Assembly (NCBI GenBank): GCA_964016885.1
Contig: OZ024743.1
Location: forward strand, 330,770,001-330,834,000
Direction of reading: 5' to 3'
Source: Eledone cirrhosa
Taxonomy: Eukaryota
DNA length: 64,000 nt
Shown: one piece after another, positions 28,301 through 39,669 of the stretch
How positions within the stretch are numbered: position 1 is the first letter of the stretch
Layout: each line of letters starts with the position of its first letter
The notes under the pieces: model-generated
What the model saw: the letters and a program-made list of their open reading frames with translations, nothing else
Database searches by the model: none
Told to the model about the DNA's origin: nothing
Program-made: the position numbers and the translations under genes

Positions 28301-28481
28301 TCCATTTTTGAGTATTGGTGGAAGGGCTGATGCCTTGGGCGTTAAGTAAAAATGTAGAGGCGAGAGTGGATGGTTTTAATTGTTTTGGTGTGTTGTTAAT
28401 TTGTTTGTTTGTTAATGGCAGCAATGGGAGTTTGTGCAGTGGGGTGATAGTGGAGGGTGGTGCTGGGTGATAGCTTGAATG
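25317..28481 (-). mobile_element. CR1-clade LINE, 5'-truncated just upstream of ORF2
   Basis: Short 3' UTR ending in a (ttcaaagtta)x2 tail next to (TA)n. It is present only in the right palindrome arm. Confidence 0.88.
25404..28424 (-). CDS. CR1 ORF2: APE endonuclease + reverse transcriptase, intact frame
   Basis: LNAQGI, LTETHL, YRPP, GDFN, SDHD; NYRPISLTS, YLDFSKAFD, SGVPQGTVLGP, FADD, YSLQRRRER. The true start codon is uncertain. Confidence 0.92.
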   Translation of the reverse strand: MLPLTNKQINNTPKQLKPSTLASTFLLNAQGISPSTNTQKWKIKFLEDWIDVHPNHIPFFVLTETHLSNLHLEAEVKVKNFKAIRADRAGRRKGGTAIYVHNSFSTEAMNIFTNGYCEAVTVFSQTNNLLVVGLYRPPQTPVPCFKECLNSIKCFIQECHPDNILMMGDFNLPGVDWSTNTLPPGSSASTSDREAVESLLDFMNDFFLSQLVLEPTRCHKNVLDLIFSNHTDNIHNIAVEKTLLSDHDMVLCDLRFHRPIYKPNVISPVHPFDAMDFHNANWEAISHDLAHVDWSFTHTHTPTNIKKSWQTFVDTVTNICAKHTPLRTINKSKSRIPRNRKTLIRKIKRTNKKINNLKYCQQQHINLTAISSLEIKKHNLQNNIMSLINNQRRAEEAWAIEKIKLNPKVFFSFAKKHKITGSTVGPLIDENGTLQDNAKTMGEILQKQYCSVFSNPDMADLGCIGDVTPHYTLSDITFGAPDVLAAIKEIKHNSAVGPDRFPACVLKACQHQLASPLANLWRNSLDAGYVPENLLSQSVVPVFKKGNKSLAVNYRPISLTSHIIKVFERVVRSRMTHFLESNNMLNSNQHGFRNGRDCLTQLLHHFDDILRALGEGSNTDVIYLDFSKAFDRVDHNILLRKLSNIGVTGKLLRWIKSFLSNRTQHVVVEGVKSSPAKVSSGVPQGTVLGPLLFIIYINDITDIIKHSNIKIFADDSKLQKVINGVDDRISLQSDLLAVTQWAEKNNMLLNEDKFELIHFGKEDALKLPYSLPSGETLVASNNIRDLGVTVDSNISWTTHISSKVDMARRMCSWILRTFQSRDSRTIILLFSTFARPHLEYCCPLWSPHTKQSIMKLEAPQRAITKKIDGMSDLDYWGRLENLKLYSLQRRRERYIICMMWKMFHHHCPNDVGIAFKIHPRLGPRAIRPIQKSKSQLITTIRHNYFTSIGPALFNITPGHVKTETDHTKFKKSLDKFLQVIPDKPPTPGYVSANSNSLLEWAMVPKS

Positions 28482-28698
28482 TTTTTTATATATATGTGTG
28501 TGTGTGTATGTGTGTGTGTGTGTATGTATATATATCTTTGTATATGTGTATGTGTATGTTCGTGTAGGTGTATGTGTGTGTATGACTATATATGTATGTG
28601 TATGGGTGTATGTGTGTATATATATCTATGTGTGTGTACATGTATGTATGTGTATGTATGTGTATGTGTGTATGTGTGTATATGTGTATATATATATG

Positions 28699-28784
<86 letters not shown>

Positions 28785-29068
28785 TCTCTATTTGTATATG
28801 TATATGTGTATGGGTATATACCTTTTTCTTTGTATGTCTGAGTTGTGTGAGAGTGTTGTGGTGTTTGTATGTATATACCGATATATAGATGCGTAAGTAT
28901 TTGTCTGTATGTATGTATATATGTCTGTATGTATTTGTGTGTATATATAGGTATGTATGTGTATATCTGTATATATATATGTATGTAAGTGTATGTATAT
29001 GTGTGTATATGTGTGTATATATATGTGTGTCTATATAGTATGTGTGATTATATGTGTATGTATGAGTG

Positions 29069-29127
<59 letters not shown>

Positions 29128-29283
29128 GTGTATTTATATGTATGTGTGTATATGTATGTATGTGTGTATATGTATATGTTTATATATGTGTGTGTATGTA
29201 TGTTCTAAGTGTGGATGTCTGTATATGTATGTATGTGTTTGTATATGTGTATGTATATATATGTGTGTGTGTGTGTGTATGTG

Positions 29284-29353
<70 letters not shown>

Positions 29354-29995
29354 CTTGATATATTTCTTTTTTCTTTTTTCTTTTTTCTTTTTCTTTTCTT
29401 TCCTCTTTAATGTTTATTTATTATTTATTATTTTTTATTTCCTTAGTTTATAGATACATCTATATTAAGCAGTCAGCCCTAACCGTTGAATACTGACCTC
29501 TCCCCCCCCCCCCCCTCCCACCTAATTTCTGTATCTTTATCTAAATGTGTGTGCCAGTGTTTATGTGAGTGAATTAATATCCATGTGCTTAGGATTTTAT
29601 ATCCACATATATATATGTGTGTGGTGGTGTGTGTGTGTTTGTATGTTCGTAGTTTATGTGTATGTTTATGCATATACGCGCGTGTATGTGTGATTGTACG
29701 GATATGTGTTAGTATGAAAATATGTGTATACACTTATTTCATATTTATGTATCTGTACGCATCTTATCTGTGCATTATAGACTTACAGAGACATTAACCT
29801 TGAAATTTTGTATTTGCATCCATCCTTTTTGTATGCGTATACAGGTTGTGAATACATTTTTGTAAAATATATGTAAGGGTTGTTACATGTATATACACAC
29901 ACCGAACTGCATTAAACCTTTTGTATTTTCATTGGTCAATTTCGTTCCCAAACGGACCTGAAAGTTTGAATTGTTGTTATTATCAATAAATATAT

Positions 29996-30151
29996 TTCAT
30001 TATTTCTGAAGACGGCGTATATATGTGTTGGTATGTATATTTAATCTTGATAGTTTGTATAATTTTGTATAATTTTGTACATAGATCTGTTGAATATGCA
30101 TGCCAACTCTAACACACATATATATCCTAGAAACGATCGTTAAATAATGAA
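29996..30151 (+). ncRNA. Hammerhead ribozyme with ~115-nt stem II (right arm copy)
   Basis: ttcattattt-CTGAAGA-[long hairpin]-GAAA-CGATCG-TT-aaataatgaa: 10-bp stem I, palindromic stem III and a GUU triplet. Confidence 0.75.
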
Positions 30152-30424
30152 CTTTTTTTGTTTAATATAAGGAATTGTTTATTCATTATTTGTTTAATAT
30201 TTTATCTTGACTCTGTATACCGTTTATCTTTCACCGAAAGTGATTTTTCATTACATCTCTTCTTTGCATGATATCCGGAATACATTGAGTTCTTCATACG
30301 GATTGGACACTACCGTAAACTCTTGGTAGATTTATCTACATATATATATATATATATATATAACATATATACATATATACATACATACACACATACACAC
30401 ACATATAATATATGTATCCAGGAA

Positions 30425-30540
30425 ACTGACTGGCCAGTCTGCTGATATGCAAATCTGGCTGATCAGTGGATCTGCTAATATGCAGATCTGACTGATCAGC
30501 CAGTCTGCTAATATGCAAATCAGGCCGATCAGTCACTGTG
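30425..30540. repeat. Short degenerate tandem repeat (~33 bp x3)
   Basis: Repeats of tctgctaatatgcaaatctg(a/g)ctgatcag. Confidence 0.75.
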
Positions 30541-30789
30541 TATTTTTGAAAATAGCATATATTTTCACAAGGTCTGAAAGTTTGGCAGGTGAACAGTGAG
30601 CTGTACTGATGAAGGGTGATACCCAGAATCATTAATGTCTGCAGTTCTGTTCGCATGCCAACGTAAGAGCAAGAATGAAGGGTTCATTCTACTGACATGG
30701 CTATAAAATTGAGGCTTGTTTGCATAATTGCAAACGAATCGAATGTTATTATTAATATTCGAAAAACTCAGATTACATTTATTATTATA

Positions 30790-30832
<43 letters not shown>

Positions 30833-31066
30833 AAAATTAAATTACGGATGTCAAGTCCGAGAGACATGCGCCATATCCACTGTAGAATAAGCTCAAAGAT
30901 TCCAATGAATAGATCCGAGCATTTTATATCAACTAGAAAATGATTAGTCAGATTAATAATTTTAAAGTTCTAGTTAAACTTTAATTAGTTACCTACCTAG
31001 ATGTGTGTGCTTGCACACTTTACAAATTATCCCCTGTGATTGTTTCATGTGTTTACTTTAGATATA

Positions 31067-32290
31067 CACGGTGCGGACGATATTTGTCTAGGAACAAGTA
31101 ACGCAGTAGTTTTATTTTTTAAGAGTTATTTATCAAACTTAGGTCAGTTTGTCTTCATGACTTGTTCTTTCGATCTCACTCGATAAACCCGCCATTGGCT
31201 TTGATGACGGCCTCAAGGCTACAGGCCTTCGTCACTGTCCCCCCGAATTAGGCCCCTAAAGGCACTCGTGATCCTGGCCTTCAGATAGTATTTCGTATTG
31301 CAGCTAGATCTGTTGGTGTCTCGTTCCACTGCGCCCCACATAAAGAAGTCGAGGGGGTTGCAGTCAGGCGAGCTGGGAGGCCAGATGTCATGTGAAGTGT
31401 GGTCGACGAAGTTCTCTGACAGCCAGGCTTGGGTCTTTCGGTTGGTATGGCAGGGCGCTGAGACTGGCTGCCACACGTACGGCCTACCTGCAGCTACCTG
31501 GGCGATCCAGGGCTTTACTACCTCGCTCAAAACGCGGATGTAGCCATCGGTGTTCAGCTTGAGGCCCTCAGGGAAGAAGTGAGGTGGAATGACGTCACCA
31601 TGACTGCTGACGACACCTAAGAACAATGTTGACGCTGGAAACTTTGTCTGCATGACTCTGGGCACACCTGTTGTTCTGGGAGTTGATCTTCTGGTCTTGG
31701 CAGAAGTTTTTCTCGTCGGAGAAAAACCACAGCATGTCTGGCTCCAGTGGGTGTTTCAGTCGCTTTTCTTGCATCGCCTTTGACAGAAATTGTCCTTTCC
31801 TCATCTTGTATGAAACGTAGCAAATGTCTTCATGTACCACCAGCCTAATGAGCTTTTCATCCACGCCTTTCTCCCTTGCAATGGCACGCATCGACTTGCT
31901 TGGTTCATTGTTGATGATATCCTGAACTTCAGCAACGAACTCAGGCGTTCTGAAGGCGTCAGATCGTCGATCATGTGTTTTCCTCTCTGATGTTGCTTCG
32001 TAGTCGAATCCTGAATCTTCCAATTCCTTTCTGACCTTTCTCACCATTCTCCTGCTGACGCTGAGAACGTCTGAAATTTTCTTATTTGTCCTCCCGGCGC
32101 GGATTCCAAGAAGAACTCCGTGTCTCTTCCACAAATTTGGAGGTTAAAAATTATTCATAATCAATTATTCTGAAAATAAATAATGGAAATATAGTCCTGT
32201 TTTTATGAAGACAAGAGTGACAACGAAAGTAAAAAAAAATTGCATAAAATTAGCAGTTGAAAATTGCGAACAAATATCGTCCACACCCTG
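31067..32290 (-). mobile_element. Tc1/mariner DD37D (maT) transposon, defective
   Basis: TIRs cacggtgcggacgatatttg / caaatatcgtccacaccctg with TA on both flanks. The transposase is split over two frames, with an HTH region, FSDEK and WPPSSPDCNPLDF. There are 37 residues between the mutated second Asp position and the last Asp. Confidence 0.9.
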
Positions 32291-32318
32291 TATATATATA
32301 TGTCAATCAATTTCTAGT

Positions 32319-32376
<58 letters not shown>

Positions 32377-32678
32377 GGTGTTGGATGCTTAAAGCGTCCG
32401 TATGCGTAGGGCCGTTTGAGCACTCGATGCTCTCATAGAGCAGAGTATGATATAACAAAAAAAAGAGAATCAGTGTTGCAACGAATGGAATTTATTGAAC
32501 TGATTACAATCGTTTCTCTGGCGACCAGCTCGAGGCACGATCGATGTGATGATCGTACCTGACTCTGAAAATCGCAAGGTCCTCAGATACGTCTTAATTC
32601 TGCGAAGCAGATTTTCCTAATGATTTTCCTACATATATCTATATGTATATATATAGATATACACATATATATGTATAT

Positions 32679-32828
<150 letters not shown>

Positions 32829-32865
32829 TATACATATATATGTATATATATATATACATACATTC

Positions 32866-32905
<40 letters not shown>

Positions 32906-32941
32906 TATATATGAATGTATGTAAATACATACACACACATA

Positions 32942-33057
<116 letters not shown>

Positions 33058-33154
33058 CATATATATGTATATATATATATACATACATTCATTATATATA
33101 TATATATATATATACATATATATGAATGTATGTAAATACATACACACACATATA

Positions 33155-33216
<62 letters not shown>

Positions 33217-33480
33217 GAGAGATACATTAACACGAATATTCAAATAATTTAAAGAGGAAGTCAGAAGATGATTCAACAAGGTACACCGTGGTAATTATCT
33301 ATACTGATTACATCAAGTTAAAATACGTAGCCCAGTAGTTAATGAGTTGGGTTTAGATCCTCAAGTCATGGGTTCAATTACTAAACTGGGAGTCGTGTTA
33401 GGTCCTTCTGCTACGTACTTCATTTCTAAATGTTCTGTTACTACCACTTGTTGTGTTACTGTTGTGTTACTACTGTTGTG

Positions 33481-33550
<70 letters not shown>

Positions 33551-33664
33551 TCATCATCATCATCTTCGTTTAACGTCCATCTTCCACGCTAGCATGGATT
33601 AGACGGGAGTTGTCCCACTTGAGGCAAGGTTGGTCCGGTAACCGTGTCTCGCTCATATAGGACT

Positions 33665-36600
33665 ATCTCTATCTATACAGCCATAGTAACAGCCACAGTA
33701 ACTAAGACATGTGTCTATCTATACAGCCACAGTAACTAAGACATGTGTCTATCTATACAGCCACAGTATCTAAGACATGTGTCTGTCTATACAGCCACAG
33801 TAACTAAGATATGTCTATATCTATACAGCCACAGTAACTAAGACATGTCTCTATCTATACAGCCACAGTAACTAAGACATGTGTCTATCTATACAGCCAC
33901 AGTATCTAAGACATGTGTCTATCTATACAGCCACAGTATCTAAAACATGTGTCTATCTATACAGCCACAGTATCTACGACATGTGTCTGTCTATACAGCC
34001 ACAGTAACTAAGATATGTCTATATCTATACAGCCACAGTAACTAAGACATGTCTATATCTATACAGCCACAGTATCTAAGACATGTGTCTATCTATACAG
34101 CCACAGTATCTAAAACATGTGTCTATCTATACAGCCACAGTATCTAAGACATGTGTCTATCTACACAGCCACAGTAACTAAGATATGTCTATATCTATAC
34201 AGCCACAGTAACTAAGACATGTCTCTATCTATACAACCACAGTAACTAAGAATTGTGTCTATCTATACAGCCACAGTAACTAAGACATGTGTCTATCCAT
34301 ACAGCCACAGTAACTAAGACATGTGTCTATCTATACAGCCACAGTAACTAAGACATATGTCTATCTATACAGCCAGAGTAACTAAGACATGTGTCTATCT
34401 ATACAGCAACAGTATCTAAGACATGTGTCTATCTATACAGCCACAGTAACTAAGACATGTGTCTATCTATACAGCCACAGTAACTAAGACATATGTCTAT
34501 CTATACAGCCAGAGTAACTAAGACATGTGTCTATCTATACAGCAACAGTATCTAAGACATGTGTCTATCTATACAGCCACAGTATCTAAGACATGTGTCT
34601 ATCTATACAGCCACAGTAACTAAGACATGTGTCTATCTATACAGCCACAGTAACTAAGACATATGTCTATCTATACAGCCAGAGTAACTAAGACATGTGT
34701 CTATCTATACAGCAACAGTATCTAAGACATGTGTCTATCTATACAGCCACAGTAACTAAGACATGTCTCTATCTATACAGCCACAGTATCTAAGAGATAT
34801 GTCTATCTATACAGCCACAGTAACTAAGACATGTCTCTATCTATACAGCCACAGTATCTAAGACATGTGTCTATCGATACAGCCACAGTAACTAAGACAT
34901 GTCTCTATCTATACAGCCACAGTAAACTAAGACATGTCTCTATCTATACAGCCACAGTATCTAAGACATATGTCTATCTATACAGCCACAGTAACTAAGA
35001 CATGTCTCTATCTATACAGCCACAGTAACTAAAACATGTGTCTATCTATACAGGCACAGTAACTAAGATATGTCTCTATCTATACAACCACAGTAACTAA
35101 GACATGTGTCTATCTATAGAGCCACAGTATCTAAGACATGTCTCTATCTATACAGCTACAGTAACTAAGACATGTCTCTATCTATACAGACACAGAAACT
35201 AAGACATGTCCTATCTATGCAGCCACAGTAACTAAGACATCTCCTATCTATTCAGCCACAGTAAATAAGACATGTTTCTATCTATACAGCCACAGTAACT
35301 AAGACATGTTCTATCTATACAGCCACAGTATCTAAGACATGTCTCTATCTATACAGCCAGAGTAACTAAGAAATGTGTCTATCTATACATCCACAGTAAC
35401 TAAGACATGTCTCTATCTATACAGACACGGTAACTAAGACACAAGTCTATCTATACAGCCACAGTAACTAAGACATGTCTCTATCTATACAGCCACAGTA
35501 TCTAAGACATGTCTCTATCTATACAGCCACAGTAACTAAGACATTTCTCTATCTATACAGGCACAGTAACTAAGACATGTCTCTATCTATACAGCCATAG
35601 TAACTAAGACATGTCCTATCTATACAGCCACAGTATCTAAGACATGTGTATATCTATACATGCAGAGTAACTAAGACATGTGTCTATCTATACAGCCACA
35701 GTAACTAAGACATGTCTCTATCTATACAGCCACAGTAACTAAGACATGTCTCTATCTATAGAGCCACAGTAACTAAGACATGTCTCTATCCATAAAGCCA
35801 CAGTAACTAAGACATGTCTCTATCTATACAGCCACAGTAACTAAGACATGTGTCTATCTATACAGCCACAGTATCTAAGAGATATGTCTATCTATATAGC
35901 CAGAGTAACTAAGACATGTGTCTATCTATACAGCCACAGTATCTAAGACATGTGTCTATCTATGCAGCCACAGTAAACTAAGACATGTCTCTATCTATAC
36001 AGCCACAGTAACTAAAACACGTCTATATCTATACAGCCACAGTAACTAAGACATCTCTCTATCGATACAGCTACAGTAACTAAGACATGTGTCTATCTAT
36101 ACAGCCACAGTATCTAAGACATGTCTCTATCTATACAGCCACAGTAACTAAGACATGTCCTATCTATGCAGCCACAGTAACTAAGACATGTCCTATCTAT
36201 ACAGCCACAGTAGCTAAGACATGTCTCTATATATACAGCCACAGTAACTGAGACATGTTCTATCTATACAGCCACAGTATCTAAGACATATCTCTATCTA
36301 TACAGCCACAGTAACTAAAAAATGTGTCTATCTATATATGCAGAATAACTAAGACATGTGTCTATCTATACAGCCACAGTAACTAAGACATATCTCTATC
36401 TATACAGCCACAGTAACTAAGACATGTCTCTATCTATATAGTCACAGTAACTAAGACATGTGTCTATCTATACAGCCACAGTAACTAAGACATGTCTCTA
36501 TCTATACAGCCAGAGTAACTAAGACATGTCTCTATCTATAGAGCCACAGTAACTAAGACATGTCTCTATCTATACAGCCACAGTAACTAAGACATGTCTC

Positions 36601-39350
36601 TATCTATACAGCCACAGTAACTAAGATATGTGTCTATCTATACAGCCACAGTATCTAAGAGATATGTCTATCTATACAGCCAGAGTAACTAAGACATGTC
36701 TCTATCTATACAGCCACAGTATCTAAGACATGTGTCTATCTATACAGCCACAGTAACTAAGACATGTCTCTATCTATACAGCCACACTAACTAAGACATG
36801 TCTCTATCTATACAGCCACAGTATCTAAGATATGTCTCTATCTATACAGCCACAGTAACTAAGAAATGTGTCTATCTATACATCCAGAGTAACTAAGACA
36901 TCTCTCTATCTATACAGCCACAGTATCTAAGACATATGTCTATCTATACAGGCACAGTATCTAAGACATGTCTCTATATATACAGCCACAGTAACTGAGA
37001 CATGTTCTATCTATACAGCCACAGTATCTAAGACATGTCTCTATTTATACAGCCACAGTAACTAAAAAATGTGTCTATCTATACATGCAGAGTAACTAAG
37101 ACATGTGTCTATCTATACAGCCACAGTAACTAAGACATGTCTCTATCTATACAGCCACAGTAACTAAGATATGTCTCTATCTATATAGCCACAGTAACTA
37201 AGACATGTGTCTATCTATACAGCCACAGTAACTAAGACATGTCTCTATCTATACAGCCAGAGTAACTAAGACATGTCTCTATCTATAGAGCCACAGTAAC
37301 TAAGACATGTCTCTATCTATACAGCCACAGTAACTAAGACATGTCTCTATCTATACAGCCACAGTAACTAAGATATGTGTCTATCTATACAGCCACAGTA
37401 TCTAAGAGATATGTCTATCTATACAGCCAGAGTAACTAAGACATGTCTCTATCTATACAGCCACAGTATCTAAGACATGTGTCTATCTATACAGCCACAG
37501 TAACTAAGACATGTCTCTATCTATACAGCCACACTAACTAAGACATGTCTCTATCTATACAGCCACAGTATCTAAGATATGTCTCTATCTATACAGCCAC
37601 AGTAACTAAGATATGTGTCTATCTATACAGCCACAGTATCTAAGACATATGTCTATCTATACAGGCACAGTAACTAAGACATATCTCTATCTATACAGCC
37701 ACAGTATCTAAGACATATGTCTATCTATACATCCACAATAACTAAGACATGTGTCTATCTATACAGACACGGTAACTAAGACATGTGTCTATCTATACAG
37801 CCACAGTAACTAAGACATGTCTCTATCTATATAGACACAGTATCTAAGACATGTCTCTATCTATACAGCCACAGTAACTAAGACATGTCTCTATCTATAC
37901 AGCCACAGTAAACTAAGACATGTCTCTATCTATACAGCCACAGTAAACTAAGACATGTCTCTATCTATACAGCCACAGTAAACTAAGACATGTCTCTATC
38001 TATACAGCCACAGTATCTAAGACATGTGTCTATCTATACAGCCACAGTAACTAAGACATGTCTCTATCTATACAGCCACACTTACTAAGACATGTCTCTA
38101 TCTATACAGCCACAGTATCTAAGACATGTGTCTATCTATACAGCCACAGTAACTAAGACATGTCTCTATCTATACAGCCACAGTATCTAAGACATATGTC
38201 TATCTATACATCCACAGTAACTAAGACAAGTGTCTATCTATACAGACACGGTAACTAAGACATGTGTCTATCTATACAGCCACAGTAACTAAGACATGTC
38301 TCTATCTATATAGACACAGTATCTAAGACATGTCTCTATCTATAAAGCCACAGTATCTAAGACATGTGTCTATCTATACAGCCACAGTAACTAAGACATG
38401 TCTCTATCTATACAGCGACAGTAACTAAGACATGTCTCTATCGATACAGCCACAGTATCTAAGACATGTCTCTATCTATACATCCACAGTAACTAAGAAA
38501 TGTGTCTATCTATACATCCAGAGTAACTAAGACATCTCTCTATCTATACAGCCACAGTATCTAAGACATATGTCTATCTGTACAGGCACAGTAACTAAGA
38601 CATGTCTCTATCTATACAGCCACAGTATCTAAGACATGTCTATCTATACATCCACAGTAACTAAGACATGTGTCTATCTATACAGACACGGTAACTAAGA
38701 CACGTGTCTATCTATACAGCCACAGTAACTAAAACATGTCTCTATCTATATAGCCACACTATCTAAGACATGTCTCTATCTATACAGCCACAGTAACTAA
38801 GACATGTGTCTATCTATACAGGCACAGTAACTAAGACCTGTCTCTATCTATACAGCCACAGTAACTAAGACATGTGTCTATCTATACAGCCACAGTAACT
38901 AAGACATGTGTCTATCTATACAGGCACAGTAACTAAGACATGTGTCTATCTATACAGGCACAGTAACTAAGATATATCTCTATCTATATAGCCACAGTAA
39001 CTAAGACATGTGTCTATCTATACAGCCACAGTAACTAAGACATGTCTCTATCTATACAGCCAGAGTAACTAAGACATGTCTCTATCTATATAGCCACAGT
39101 AACTAAGACATGTCTCTATACAGCCACGGTAACTAAGACATGTCTCTATAAAGCCACGGTAACTAAGACATGTCTCTATAAAGCCACGGTAACTAAGACA
39201 TGTCTCTATAAAGCCACAGTAACTAAGACATGTCTCTATAAAGCCACAGTAACTGAGACATGTCTCTATAAAGCCACAGTAACTAAGACATGTCTCTATA
39301 CAGCCATGGTAACTAAGACATGTCTCTATAAAGCCACAGTAACTATACAG
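33665..39350. repeat. 34-bp minisatellite array (~165 units); terminal units are 30 bp
   Basis: Unit tatctatacagccacagtaactaagacatgt(g/c)tc. Confidence 0.97.
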
Positions 39351-39567
39351 TAAATTAGATTATTCAGCAAATCATTGTTCATATTTTCTTTCTCAGCGAA
39401 ATATTTCTATTGTTTTAGAGAAGACTTTATCTATTTGTCGCTTATTTTCAGTGTTTATTTTGTTATTACCTTACAAAGGTGTTTCTGGAGCTGTATTCAC
39501 ATCTCTTATTTTGATTTTCCTCAGGCTTGTCTGCAGTTATTTTGTTCTATTGCGATGTATTTGTCTG

Positions 39568-39602
<35 letters not shown>

Positions 39603-39669
39603 GTCATTACTATTATTATCATTATTTCTTTTATCTCAGGTTCTGTTGGAACTCATTATTATTATTATC

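Larger units (their letters stand above)
17259..30340. mobile_element. Palindromic Naiad-like Penelope element insertion: arms 17259-21940 and 22371-30205 (right arm includes a CR1 insertion), 430-bp spacer
   Basis: 21921-21940 is the reverse complement of 22371-22390, and the arms match out to 17259/30205. The right arm has ~130 extra terminal bases. (TA)n flanks both sides. Confidence 0.9.

Noticed and set aside
17259-30205. Palindromes as pure sequencing or assembly fold-back artefacts
   Set aside because: The arms differ by SNPs, indels and a 3.2-kb CR1 insertion, have asymmetric spacers and end at element termini. Read-level confirmation is still desirable.
33665-39350. CRISPR-like regular repeats (also 61948-63708)
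   Set aside because: The units are head-to-tail with no unique spacers, there are no cas genes, and the context is eukaryotic.
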